A stretch of 64,000 nucleotides of DNA from Clostridia bacterium (GTDB lineage: Bacteria > Bacillota > Clostridia > Christensenellales > Borkfalkiaceae): assembly GCA_900767885.1 (NCBI GenBank), contig CAAGAU010000040.1, positions 602-64,601 on the forward strand, written 5' to 3'. A program made the translations under genes and the position numbers. Positions 8,268 to 18,000 of this stretch are shown here, piece after piece (position 1 is the stretch's first letter; the number at the start of each line of letters is the position of its first letter). The notes under the pieces are model-generated. The model was given only the letters and a program-made list of their open reading frames with translations, was not told where the DNA came from and searched no databases.

Positions 8268-9245
8268 GTGAATACTATGAAAAAACTAATCCGATCGGAC
8301 AAAAAGGAAATCGCGACAAAGGTCATTTTCGTTTTGCTTTTTGCGGTGCTTGTGATCTATTCGCTCATAATGATATTGTCGCTGTTGTGGGGATTTATAA
8401 CCTCGCTTAAATCGACGGGCGACTTTGAAAAACTCAACAATATTATGGGTCTGCCGAATCTCGACGCCGGCAATTACTTCAACAGTCGCGACGCGTTTTT
8501 CAAATTGGGCAACTATAAGACGGTTATCGATAACTTCGTAGTTAAACAAACGAGCGCGTATTACGGGCTGGGCGCGGAACAAATTGTTCACAGATGCGAG
8601 GCGAATTTCGGAGAAATGCTCGTAAATACATTGCTCTACACCGTGGGCGGCGCGCTTATTTACGCCGTTATGCCCGCAATAACCGCGTATCTTTGCGCCA
8701 AATACAGTTACAAACTCAGCGCAATATTGGTTACGGTCTACACGCTTATGATGTGTATGCCTATAGTCGGCAGCGCACCTTTTGAACTGACTTTCTTGCG
8801 TAACGTAGGTTTGTACGACAGTATTTTAGGTAACTACGTGCAAAAAATGACCGGCGGCGGTATGTATTTCTTCGTGTATCTCGCATACTTTAAGGGCACG
8901 AGCGAAACCTACCGCGAAGCGGCGCAGTTAGACGGGGCGTCGCAGTTAAGAATTATGGCGACTATTTATTTTCCGCTTGCCGTAAAAATTATCGCCACGG
9001 TCTTTTTAATTCAGTTCGTCGCGCTGTGGAACGATTATCAGACTCCGCTTTTGTACCTGCCTACGCATCCTACGCTGGCTTACGGAGTGTATTACGTTTC
9101 TTTCGCGTCGTACGCGCGGGCTTTGCATCATACGCCTTTGCGTATAGCGGGACTTATGCTGCTTGCAATACCCATAATCATACTTTTTGCAGTGTTTAAA
9201 GACAAACTTATGGGAGATATATCTCTCGGAGGAATTAAGGAATAA
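8268..9245 (+). CDS. ABC sugar transporter permease (LplC/MalG-like)
   Basis: Multi-TM protein with EAA loop EAAQLDGASQLRIMATIYFPL. Confidence 0.85.
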   Translation: MNTMKKLIRSDKKEIATKVIFVLLFAVLVIYSLIMILSLLWGFITSLKSTGDFEKLNNIMGLPNLDAGNYFNSRDAFFKLGNYKTVIDNFVVKQTSAYYGLGAEQIVHRCEANFGEMLVNTLLYTVGGALIYAVMPAITAYLCAKYSYKLSAILVTVYTLMMCMPIVGSAPFELTFLRNVGLYDSILGNYVQKMTGGGMYFFVYLAYFKGTSETYREAAQLDGASQLRIMATIYFPLAVKIIATVFLIQFVALWNDYQTPLLYLPTHPTLAYGVYYVSFASYARALHHTPLRIAGLMLLAIPIIILFAVFKDKLMGDISLGGIKE

Positions 9246-9249
9246 AAAA

Positions 9250-12200
9250 ATGAAATCCAGATCAATAAATTATAAAATACTGACGCTATTGTTATGCTTT
9301 TTAGCGGCAACGACGTGCTTTATTTTTTCGGCGTTAAAGCCCGATTCCGCCACCGCAGCGGCGGCGGAGTTCGAGGAAAATCCGTTTGAAGAGATTTACG
9401 AATACGGCTATACGCTGGAAATGCCGACCTCTCTCAAGATAGTTTCGGGAGAAAAAACATATACCGCAAACAAGAGATACGTTCGTTTTCCCGACGGCAC
9501 GATCTATGCCGGAGGGAAATACGTTCTCGATAACTTCGGGGAATATTCTTTGATTTACGAGGCGGAGGCAGACGGTAAGAAAATTACCGCGACGCACTCG
9601 TTCTGTGTAAAAACGTCGACTTATTCGGCAGGCAAATCCTCATATTACAAAATAGCGACTCTTAACGCGGACTTCGATAAAAATGCCGAAGTCAAGGGGT
9701 TGTCGCTTAATCTTGCGGCCGGCGAAACGTTTACCTATAACAAACCGGTTAACGTTTATGAAAATGCAACGCTCGAACTGATTAAGTTCAACGTTATGCA
9801 TTTCGATCCTATAGGTAAAGAAATAGTTATAAAACTTACCGATTGTTACGATCCCTCGCGTTATATCGAGTTGGTCTACAAAAAAGAATTATATAACGAA
9901 ACTTATATGGGCGTCGGCGCAAACGGAAAAGCCGCGCGCGGACTTACGCAGTATATGAACATCGGCGGATCGACGATTTATATCGACGGCCAAGGGTATA
10001 AGGTAAACGCCAATGGCGCGTTGATTCCGAGTAACCGTAAATGGGAAAGACACGTAGACGCTGGATTAAAGCAAGACAGATATAACAATATGACGGTGTC
10101 TTTGGATACGACCGATAAGGACAGACCTCGCGTTTATGTAAAAACCGCCCCCGAAAACATAAAGAACGAGTTAATCGCAGAATTGAACAATTCCGACGTT
10201 TACGGCTATTCGTTCGGAGGATTCACGACGGGCGACGTGATCGTTTCGATTACGGCAAAAACGGTTATCGGCGCGGAAACGATCGAAGTTCAGATCGCTT
10301 CGTTATGCGGTGTATCCGGCGAAGATCTTGCGGGCGGTACGCTTGTCGACGAAAACGGTCCCGAAATAGTCATAAATTCGGAAAGAACGTCGCTTAACGT
10401 TATGGCGGGCGTTCCCATTACCGTTCCCTCGGCAACCGCTTTCGATTCGAGCGGTATAGCGGGTAAAGTCGATTATTGCGTTTACTACGGTTACGGAACG
10501 ACTTTCCGTAAAAACGTAAACGTGAAAAACGGAAGTTTCACACCGCTCGATCTCGGTACGTATACCGTCGTTTATACGGCTAAAGACGTTTTCGGCAATA
10601 AATCCGAAAAGACCTTTGTTCTCAACGCTATAAAAGAAGGAAAAGAAGGTATAGACTTTACCTGTGAAAAAATAAGCGACGCCGACGCCGGCAGTTTCGT
10701 ATCTCTGGCGGGATACAGGGCAAAATCGCTTAATACCACGGCAAACGTGTCGGTTTCGGTTACGGGTCCCGACGGCAAACAGGTTGCGATCTCCGCCGAT
10801 ATGTCCGCGTTCTGCGAAGGCGTAGGAGAATACACCGTAAAATACGATTATTACGACGATCTTTATTCGGGGTCGTACACCTATAAATTTACCGCAAAAG
10901 ACGGAGGAATAAGTCGTTTTGAAAAGAACGGCGTAATTTTGCCGGATTATATGATCAAAGGCGCGACTTATTCGGTAGATAAAATCAACGCTTATAAATA
11001 TTCTTCGGTAACCCCGTCGCTCGAAAAAGTAAACTATACCGTAAGTTACGACGGAAAAGCGTTTACCGATTTTAACCCCGACGAATTTACCGTAACGGGT
11101 AACGACACGCTGAAAATCCGTTATACTCTCGCGTCGGACAGCACGGTATTCATTGAAAGCAAGGATATAAAAATCGTCGACGCGGGTTACGGTGCAACGA
11201 TTGACGGCTCTAAGTATTTTGCGGGAAGTTTTGCCGGCAGAATAGACGAGAACACTCCCGATTACGCGTCGTATGCGTTAAGCGTAACCGACGAGGGGTC
11301 GCTCGACTTTATCAATCCGTTGCTTATGTCTACGTTCTCGTTCCGTTATTCGTTGTCGGGTACAATCGGCTTTTACACTATGTCGTTTACCGATTATTAC
11401 GACAGGGCAAATAAGGTTACGGCGGAATTTGTCGATGGCGGTATAAAGATAAACGGCGTGTTCAAAGCCGTTACGTATAACGCCGGAGAACCTCTGACCG
11501 TTTCTTATGCAAACGGAAATCTTGTCGTGGGCGAGGCAAGTATACCTTTTGCCCCGGACTTTAAAGCCGAAAAGATACTGTTCGGTCTTAAATTTAACGA
11601 AATTACCGAGGCGGGAGAACTTAAAGTTTACTCGGTATGCAATCAGACTTTCGGATATTACGTTACCTCGGACAACGTTAAACCGATTATTTCGGTCGAA
11701 CATGCCGACAGAGTTGCAGACATAGGCGACGTTATAACTCTTTACGTCCCCGAAATTGCAGACGTGCTTTCGCCGTCGGCAAAATCGAACTGCGTAGTCA
11801 GCGTTTATAAAGACGGAAAACCGGTTACCGGTACAAACGGCGTTCTTCTTTCAAATGCCGACGCTTTTGCGGGCTATTCGTTCAGAATCGACGCTTTCGG
11901 GTCTTATCTCGTATTGTACAGATATACCGACGGATCGGGCAAGGTCGGCGATGATCGTCATGCGATAACGGTAACCGACACGGAGATTCCTTCCGTTACG
12001 CTTGATAATTACGACGGCAAGCCCGTTCATGCGAGCGTCAACGCCGAAATATCTCCTGCTGCGCACACCGTAAAGGACAACATCACCGCAAGCGACAAAA
12101 TTAACGTTACTATCGTAGTTTATAACGATAAGGGCGTTGCGGTATGCGTAACCGACGATAAATTCACTCTTACCAAAGCCGGTAAATATACGGTTTATAT

Positions 12201-12261
12201 TTACTGCACGGACGAAGCGGGCAATACCGCATACGTTTCCTACGAACTTATCGCGAAATAA
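9250..12261 (+). CDS. Large exported protein (1003 aa) with repeated Ig-like (DUF5011/HYR-like) domains; function unknown
   Basis: ATG 9250 starts an N-terminal hydrophobic anchor or signal (ILTLLLCFLAATTCFIFSAL). Repeated D..GP.I / D..KP.I / D.EIP.V domain starts followed by G.Y.V.Y.A.D..GN patterns. Confidence 0.55.
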   Translation: MKSRSINYKILTLLLCFLAATTCFIFSALKPDSATAAAAEFEENPFEEIYEYGYTLEMPTSLKIVSGEKTYTANKRYVRFPDGTIYAGGKYVLDNFGEYSLIYEAEADGKKITATHSFCVKTSTYSAGKSSYYKIATLNADFDKNAEVKGLSLNLAAGETFTYNKPVNVYENATLELIKFNVMHFDPIGKEIVIKLTDCYDPSRYIELVYKKELYNETYMGVGANGKAARGLTQYMNIGGSTIYIDGQGYKVNANGALIPSNRKWERHVDAGLKQDRYNNMTVSLDTTDKDRPRVYVKTAPENIKNELIAELNNSDVYGYSFGGFTTGDVIVSITAKTVIGAETIEVQIASLCGVSGEDLAGGTLVDENGPEIVINSERTSLNVMAGVPITVPSATAFDSSGIAGKVDYCVYYGYGTTFRKNVNVKNGSFTPLDLGTYTVVYTAKDVFGNKSEKTFVLNAIKEGKEGIDFTCEKISDADAGSFVSLAGYRAKSLNTTANVSVSVTGPDGKQVAISADMSAFCEGVGEYTVKYDYYDDLYSGSYTYKFTAKDGGISRFEKNGVILPDYMIKGATYSVDKINAYKYSSVTPSLEKVNYTVSYDGKAFTDFNPDEFTVTGNDTLKIRYTLASDSTVFIESKDIKIVDAGYGATIDGSKYFAGSFAGRIDENTPDYASYALSVTDEGSLDFINPLLMSTFSFRYSLSGTIGFYTMSFTDYYDRANKVTAEFVDGGIKINGVFKAVTYNAGEPLTVSYANGNLVVGEASIPFAPDFKAEKILFGLKFNEITEAGELKVYSVCNQTFGYYVTSDNVKPIISVEHADRVADIGDVITLYVPEIADVLSPSAKSNCVVSVYKDGKPVTGTNGVLLSNADAFAGYSFRIDAFGSYLVLYRYTDGSGKVGDDRHAITVTDTEIPSVTLDNYDGKPVHASVNAEISPAAHTVKDNITASDKINVTIVVYNDKGVAVCVTDDKFTLTKAGKYTVYIYCTDEAGNTAYVSYELIAK

Positions 12262-12271
12262 CGAGGTTAAA

Positions 12272-14305
12272 ATGAAAAATCTATTTCAGAAAATTTTATG
12301 CGTAATGCTTTCGGCGATCTTCTGCACGGTTGCTTTTTCGGCGTGTAAACCTTCCGCCGATTCGGGTACGGACAACAAACCCGGTACCGACTCGCCGAAA
12401 GAAAATAAAAACCACATTTTCAATTATACCGAAACCGATAAATTCATTCTCGAAAACGGCGCGACGGAGTATAAAATCGTTATGCCCGAAAAAATTACAA
12501 CCGAAATCGAGTATGCAAGAAAGGAACTGGTAAATATTTTCAAAGAGGCTACCGGAGTAACGCTCGAAAGTACTTCGGGCGGAAATCTCACTCATACTCA
12601 GTCGGGCAAATATTTTTCGCTGGGTAAAACCAAATTGTACGAAACCAGCGGCTTAAACGTCGATTTGTCGTCGCTTAAAGAAGACGCGGCAAGGATTATT
12701 ACCAAGGATAACACCGTTTATTTTCTCGGCGGTACGGATTCCGGCGTTTTGTATGCGGTTTATGATTTTCTTAATATCAACTTCAACTTCGAAACGTATG
12801 CCAAAAATTGCTATACGCTCGATAAAAACGTAAAGAATATAAAACTTATGGACTACGACGTTACCGATATCCCCGATATCGATTATCGTTGCAGGGGTGC
12901 AAGCGGAACTCTGTACGCAACCACCGCCGAGTATAACGACGAAATGTATTCGTATCGTCTGCGCACGGTAGACGCATACTGGAAACGCAGTCTGCCCATT
13001 CACGAAGGTTGGGATAAATCAAGCAAGAGCGGTGCGGATCACAACTGCTTCATGTATTTGCCCACCGCGGAATATCTTTCCGAGCATCCCAAGTTCTATT
13101 CTACGAAAAACCCCGAAGGTCAACTTTGTTATACCGCCCGCGGCGACGAATACGAATACGATCTTATGACGACGTATTGCGCGGAAAAAATCGAGCAGTC
13201 GCTTATGTTCTACCCGCGCGAACAGTATCCGCGTTACATGTCCGCTCAACTCGGAATGGCGGATAACTACGATATGTGCGCCTGCGACGAGTGCAAAAGG
13301 GTAATGAACAAACATAACGGCGCAATAGTCGCAACGATAATTCCGTTTTTGAAAGACGTCGCGAGAAAAGTTACGGTATGGATGGATCTTCCCGAAAACG
13401 CGGACTATAAGCGTGAAAATTTCCAGTACACGTTCTTTGCGTATCAGGACACGCTGGAAGCTCCCTTTACCTATGACGAAAGCACGGGCAAATACGTGGC
13501 GGCGGATGACAGCGTTCTTCCCGAAGAAGTCAATATCGTCCCTTATTTCGCGCTGAATAAAGTAGACCACGCGCTCAGCATTTACGACGAGAAAAATACC
13601 AACATGCGTGAAACTCTTAATGCGTGGCTGACGTTCTATAAGAATACGTGGGGTTGGATTTACGGCTGTTTCTACGAGGATTATTTTGCGTTCTACGATT
13701 GTTATAACTACTATGCGGACGCTTGCAGATATTACTACGAACACGATTTCAAAATGCTTAACCCGCAACTTCACAGTTCTCAGCGCGGCGCGGATACGGG
13801 TTTCTTTACAATGGCGGCTTATATCTTTGCAAAACTTTCGTGGAACTCTTCGCTCGAAATGAACGAACTTATAAACGATTATATGAACGTAATGTTCAAA
13901 GAGGCGGCAGAACCCATGAACAAGATTTTTGTGGAAGGCAGACTGTGGCATGCCCGTTCGAGATATGAGGGTAACTGGACGTGGTCGGCATGGCAGAAAA
14001 CCCCCACGAGATCGGCAGGTTATTTCAAATTCGGTTACGTAAACAAGTTGTTCGGTCTGTTTGACGAGGCGTATGCGAAAATTGAAAAATACAAGGGCGA
14101 CCCCGAGGTTTACAAAGAACTTAAAAACCGTATAGACATCGAATGGCTGTACCCCGCGATGATAGTTATCAGCAACTTCCAGAAAGAAGTAAGCGTAAGC
14201 GAATATAAAGAAATCTGCGCTAAATTCAAACAGGTTTGTCTGGATAACAATATTACTCACGTTGCCGAACGCGGGCTTATAAACGGACTTTTGCAAAGTC
14301 TTTAA
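12272..14305 (+). CDS. Lipoprotein, DUF4838-like putative glycoside hydrolase (tentative)
   Basis: Lipobox AFSAC. The N-terminal GATEYKIVMPEK...EYARKELVNIFKEATGV segment resembles the GH20b/GH67N-like domain at the start of DUF4838 proteins. The family assignment is from memory, not from a search. Confidence 0.45.
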   Translation: MKNLFQKILCVMLSAIFCTVAFSACKPSADSGTDNKPGTDSPKENKNHIFNYTETDKFILENGATEYKIVMPEKITTEIEYARKELVNIFKEATGVTLESTSGGNLTHTQSGKYFSLGKTKLYETSGLNVDLSSLKEDAARIITKDNTVYFLGGTDSGVLYAVYDFLNINFNFETYAKNCYTLDKNVKNIKLMDYDVTDIPDIDYRCRGASGTLYATTAEYNDEMYSYRLRTVDAYWKRSLPIHEGWDKSSKSGADHNCFMYLPTAEYLSEHPKFYSTKNPEGQLCYTARGDEYEYDLMTTYCAEKIEQSLMFYPREQYPRYMSAQLGMADNYDMCACDECKRVMNKHNGAIVATIIPFLKDVARKVTVWMDLPENADYKRENFQYTFFAYQDTLEAPFTYDESTGKYVAADDSVLPEEVNIVPYFALNKVDHALSIYDEKNTNMRETLNAWLTFYKNTWGWIYGCFYEDYFAFYDCYNYYADACRYYYEHDFKMLNPQLHSSQRGADTGFFTMAAYIFAKLSWNSSLEMNELINDYMNVMFKEAAEPMNKIFVEGRLWHARSRYEGNWTWSAWQKTPTRSAGYFKFGYVNKLFGLFDEAYAKIEKYKGDPEVYKELKNRIDIEWLYPAMIVISNFQKEVSVSEYKEICAKFKQVCLDNNITHVAERGLINGLLQSL

Positions 14306-14315
14306 GAGGTGAATC

Positions 14316-16403
14316 ATGAATGCGAAAAAAATCTTAACAAGCATATTTTTGTTTGTGTTGGCAATCTCGACCGCAATCCTCGCAATATCGTGCAAAAAAG
14401 GTAACAACTCAGATTCTTCTGCGGGTACCGATTCGGGCGAACAACCCGAAATAACGCTTACGTTAAGCGATAAGTCGGTTAACGTGCTTTTCGGTGAAAC
14501 TTATCTTATTACCGCCGCTTATACCGAAACCGAAAATAACGTTCTTACATGGACTACCGCAAACGACAAAGTCGCCGCGGTAGAGGACGGACTTGTAACG
14601 GCTGTGGGTAAAGGCAGTACCAAAATTACGGCGACGTACGGCGACAAAAAGGCGGAATGCGAAGTTACCGTAAGTTTCGGCGATTATATCCCCGAACTTA
14701 AAATCCGCCACGTTACGGAAGAGGGCGTTCGCGTAAGCCTTAATTCCGCTTTCGATATCGACGCGTACGTTCTTTTTAACGGAAAGGAGTATGCGTGCGA
14801 TATTTCGGCTGCGGTCGGCGACGGAAACGTCGTATCGTATGAAAGCGGAAAAATCACCGCAACCGGTATAGGCTCGACGTCGGTTACGGTAAAAACCGAC
14901 TGGAATTCTTTCGATAACGCGTTTACCGAAAAAACGTTTGAGGTCGAGGTGTTTAACGACGTAAGCATAAATACCGTCGTTACCGTAAACGGCGAAGCCT
15001 CGGCGGCAGACAAACTCGAACTCAGCGTTACGCCGAGTTTTGCGGGACGCGACTATGCAAATACCGCGACCGTCGAGTTTATAGTAAAAGAAAACGGAGC
15101 GAAGAGTACCGTTACAGGTACGATTACTTCCGGAAACGACGCGGTTACGTTAGAAAAAGGCGTAATTACCGCCAACGCCGTAGGCACGGCGACTATTTCC
15201 GCAAATTATACGGATAAACTCGGTAATTCGTATTCCGCCGGACTGGAAGTCAACGTGATCGTTCCCGTTGCGGATTATGACGACGAGGTTGAAATCTGTA
15301 CCGAAAACCCGTTCCCCGTAGAACGTTATTTCGGACAGGGCGCGACGCTTATTTCGGCGGAATCCGAAGGGTCCTCCCTCGATATAGACGAAAGCGGAGC
15401 GATTTCGATTACCGCAAAAGGTAAAAACACCGCGGCAATCGTCGTATTGACCGACAAAGGCGGTTATCGGTTCAATAAAGTGTTCGCGTATACCAGAATG
15501 GTTAATTCCGCAAACTTTGCCGATACGTTCGCTCTTAAATATAACGTTTCTCAGGACGGATATTACGTACTTGAAGGGGATATCGACGGCATAAACGCTT
15601 CGTATCAGACTATGGGCGGAGGCAAGACCACTTATTTTAAAGGCGTGCTTGACGGACGCGGTTATAAGATTACCGCAACTGTCGGCAAAAACGGATTATT
15701 CGGCGCGCTTGCGGGCGGAGCGGTAATAAAGAACGTCAGATTCGTTCTGACTTTCCCCGAGGGCGAGGCGTGCGGTTTTGCCGTAAATAACGGTACGTTC
15801 AACCAGAGCAACGCCGATAAGTTGAGTTCGGTTACGATAGAAAACGTTTATATCGAAACCACGAATTATTACGCAAAATCTACCGTTATGATGTCCCAGA
15901 AACCGGATAAACTGCATATGACCGACGTTTACGTTAAGATTAAAGGTAACGCCGCTCTGGGCAAATATACCGAGGCTTCGTCGCTTCGTCGCGCGTTGTT
16001 TGCGCACGATCAGTCTGTAAACGACGGCGCATACGATTGCTTTAACGGCGAGGTAAGAAGGGTTTACGTCGTAACCGAAACGTTTATACCTATTGCGAAC
16101 GGTCTTAACTGGGCAAGTAAAAATTTCGTTACCTATGCCAAAAACGATGAAGGCAAACTCGGTTCTTTCGTTCGTGAAAATCAGAACAAAGGGGCGTTTA
16201 ACTACTTCAAAATACGTAGTGCGAACGAAACCGGTTCTGCCGAAAGCAAACTCTTCGGCTACGATAACGGTCAGAGCGAATGTTATACCTACGTTTACGG
16301 TTCGCATTTCAATTACAAAGACGGCGGAATAGAAAGATACGACACGGTCGATGAATTGAAGGCGACGGGCGTTACGACCGTCGGCGACTGGACAGTAGCT
16401 TAA
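14316..16403 (+). CDS. Lipoprotein with several Big_2 Ig-like domains and one GLUG/beta-helix-like module
   Basis: Lipobox LAISC. Big_2 signature LTWTTANDKVAAVEDGLVTAVGKGSTKITATYGDKKAECEVTV. Module YFKGVLDGRGYKITATVGKNGLFGALAGGAVIKNVRF is shared with the 2864 ORF. Confidence 0.7.
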   Translation: MNAKKILTSIFLFVLAISTAILAISCKKGNNSDSSAGTDSGEQPEITLTLSDKSVNVLFGETYLITAAYTETENNVLTWTTANDKVAAVEDGLVTAVGKGSTKITATYGDKKAECEVTVSFGDYIPELKIRHVTEEGVRVSLNSAFDIDAYVLFNGKEYACDISAAVGDGNVVSYESGKITATGIGSTSVTVKTDWNSFDNAFTEKTFEVEVFNDVSINTVVTVNGEASAADKLELSVTPSFAGRDYANTATVEFIVKENGAKSTVTGTITSGNDAVTLEKGVITANAVGTATISANYTDKLGNSYSAGLEVNVIVPVADYDDEVEICTENPFPVERYFGQGATLISAESEGSSLDIDESGAISITAKGKNTAAIVVLTDKGGYRFNKVFAYTRMVNSANFADTFALKYNVSQDGYYVLEGDIDGINASYQTMGGGKTTYFKGVLDGRGYKITATVGKNGLFGALAGGAVIKNVRFVLTFPEGEACGFAVNNGTFNQSNADKLSSVTIENVYIETTNYYAKSTVMMSQKPDKLHMTDVYVKIKGNAALGKYTEASSLRRALFAHDQSVNDGAYDCFNGEVRRVYVVTETFIPIANGLNWASKNFVTYAKNDEGKLGSFVRENQNKGAFNYFKIRSANETGSAESKLFGYDNGQSECYTYVYGSHFNYKDGGIERYDTVDELKATGVTTVGDWTVA

Positions 16404-16412
16404 GTAAATTTA

Positions 16413-16445
16413 CCGGCATTCCGCCGCACAGCGGCGGAATGCCGG
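16413..16445 (+). terminator. Strong hairpin at the operon end (weak T-run)
   Basis: Perfect 15-bp stem CCGGCATTCCGCCGC / GCGGCGGAATGCCGG with loop ACA. Confidence 0.6.
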
Positions 16446-16474
16446 TATAAAGTATTTTAATTTTAAAAGATGAA

Positions 16475-17980
16475 ATGAAACTTAACAGAGAAACATACAA
16501 GGATAAAGTAAAAGCGTGCTGGATAGGCAAAAATATCGGCGGAACTATAGGCGGACCTTACGAAGGGAAAAGAGAGATTCTTGACGTAAAAGGCTTTTTG
16601 ACCGAAGCGGGCGAACCTATGCCCAACGACGATCTCGATTTGCAACTCGTGTGGCTTCATGCCGTAGAAAAAGAGGGCGCGAATAATATTACCGCCGAAA
16701 AACTCGGAGAATACTGGTTGTCGTTTATTCCCGTGGCGTTTTCGGAATACGGAATAGCCATGAGCAATATGAGAAACGGACTTATGCCGCCGCTTTGCGG
16801 CGACGCCGACAACAACGTGTGGAAACACAGTAACGGCGCGTGGATAAGAACGGAAATATGGGCGACTCTCGCCCCCGCAATGCCTGACGTGGCCGTTCGT
16901 TACGCCATAGAAGATTCCAAAGTCGATCACGGCATGGGCGAAGGAACTTACGCCGCAATGTTCGTTGCGGCTATAGAAAGTGCGGCGTTCGTTATAACCG
17001 ATTTAAGAAAACTTATAAAAATAGGACTGGCAAAAATTCCGTCCTGTTGCAGATTGTATAAGACGATAGAACTGCTTTGTTCGCTTTACGACGAGGGTAA
17101 AAGTTGGATCGACGCGAGAAACGCAATCCGTAATTTCAACGCGGATTTGGCCGACGGCTGGTTTCAGGCCCCGTCCAACGTCGCTTTTGCCGTACTCGGA
17201 CTGTTATACGGCGAAAACGACTTTAAAAAATCGATGCTTCTTGCGGTAAACTGCGGCGACGATACCGATTGTACCGCGGCGACCGTCGGTTCGATTTTCG
17301 GTATCATGCACGGAACGAAAGGTATTCCGAAAGACTGGGCGGCCCATATCGGCGACCGTATAATAACCTGTTGTATAAATCTCGGCGTATGTTTCAGAAG
17401 ACCTCAGACCTGTACGGAACTTACCGAAAGAGTGGTTCGTCTTGCGCCCGTGGTAACGGAACAAAACAGGGCCGAAAGGCAGGCGACGTTTACCGAATTT
17501 ACGGACGGCAAAGACGAAATCGATAATGACGCATACGAAAAATTCGCGCTGCCATACGGGCAGAGCGAGGAATCGGACGAAATGCGCAGATCGGTCGCCG
17601 CGCTTAAACCCGAAACGTTTACCGCTAAGTGCGGCGCGTTTACGGCGGTTGTTTCTTATGATAAATCGCCCGAGGCGTCAGGCGGAGAAACGCGCGTTTT
17701 AACGCTTAAACTTATCAACAACGTAAAGGCTTTCGGCAATCAGCCGCTTTTTGTAAACGTCGAAGTACTTTTGCCGGATGGCGCTTTTTGCGATAAGCCC
17801 GCTTTTAAAGTTTACGTTCCTCACTGGACCGCGCTTACCCCCGACTGCCGGACCGACGATATATCCGTAAAAATTACCATGCCCGAAGTCCTCGGTGCGG
17901 TTACGACGTTCTATCTGCGGCTTAAGGCGGAGGGCAGATATTCGGTTTATACCGTTCCCGTAGTGTTTTTAACTAAATAA
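16475..17980 (+). CDS. ADP-ribosylglycohydrolase (ARH/DraG) family protein with a ~170-aa C-terminal beta-rich extension
   Basis: ARH-type metal-binding motifs MPNDDLDLQLVWLH and NCGDDTDCTAATVGSIFG; no signal peptide. Confidence 0.75.
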   Translation: MKLNRETYKDKVKACWIGKNIGGTIGGPYEGKREILDVKGFLTEAGEPMPNDDLDLQLVWLHAVEKEGANNITAEKLGEYWLSFIPVAFSEYGIAMSNMRNGLMPPLCGDADNNVWKHSNGAWIRTEIWATLAPAMPDVAVRYAIEDSKVDHGMGEGTYAAMFVAAIESAAFVITDLRKLIKIGLAKIPSCCRLYKTIELLCSLYDEGKSWIDARNAIRNFNADLADGWFQAPSNVAFAVLGLLYGENDFKKSMLLAVNCGDDTDCTAATVGSIFGIMHGTKGIPKDWAAHIGDRIITCCINLGVCFRRPQTCTELTERVVRLAPVVTEQNRAERQATFTEFTDGKDEIDNDAYEKFALPYGQSEESDEMRRSVAALKPETFTAKCGAFTAVVSYDKSPEASGGETRVLTLKLINNVKAFGNQPLFVNVEVLLPDGAFCDKPAFKVYVPHWTALTPDCRTDDISVKITMPEVLGAVTTFYLRLKAEGRYSVYTVPVVFLTK

Positions 17981-18000
17981 AATTAAAAGGTTTTAATCGA

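Noticed and set aside
13019-14407. 462-aa ORF on the minus strand
   Set aside because: It is entirely antisense to the well-supported lipoprotein gene 12272-14305. The composition is Arg/Phe/Val-rich, as is typical of antisense frames. It has no RBS and no motif.
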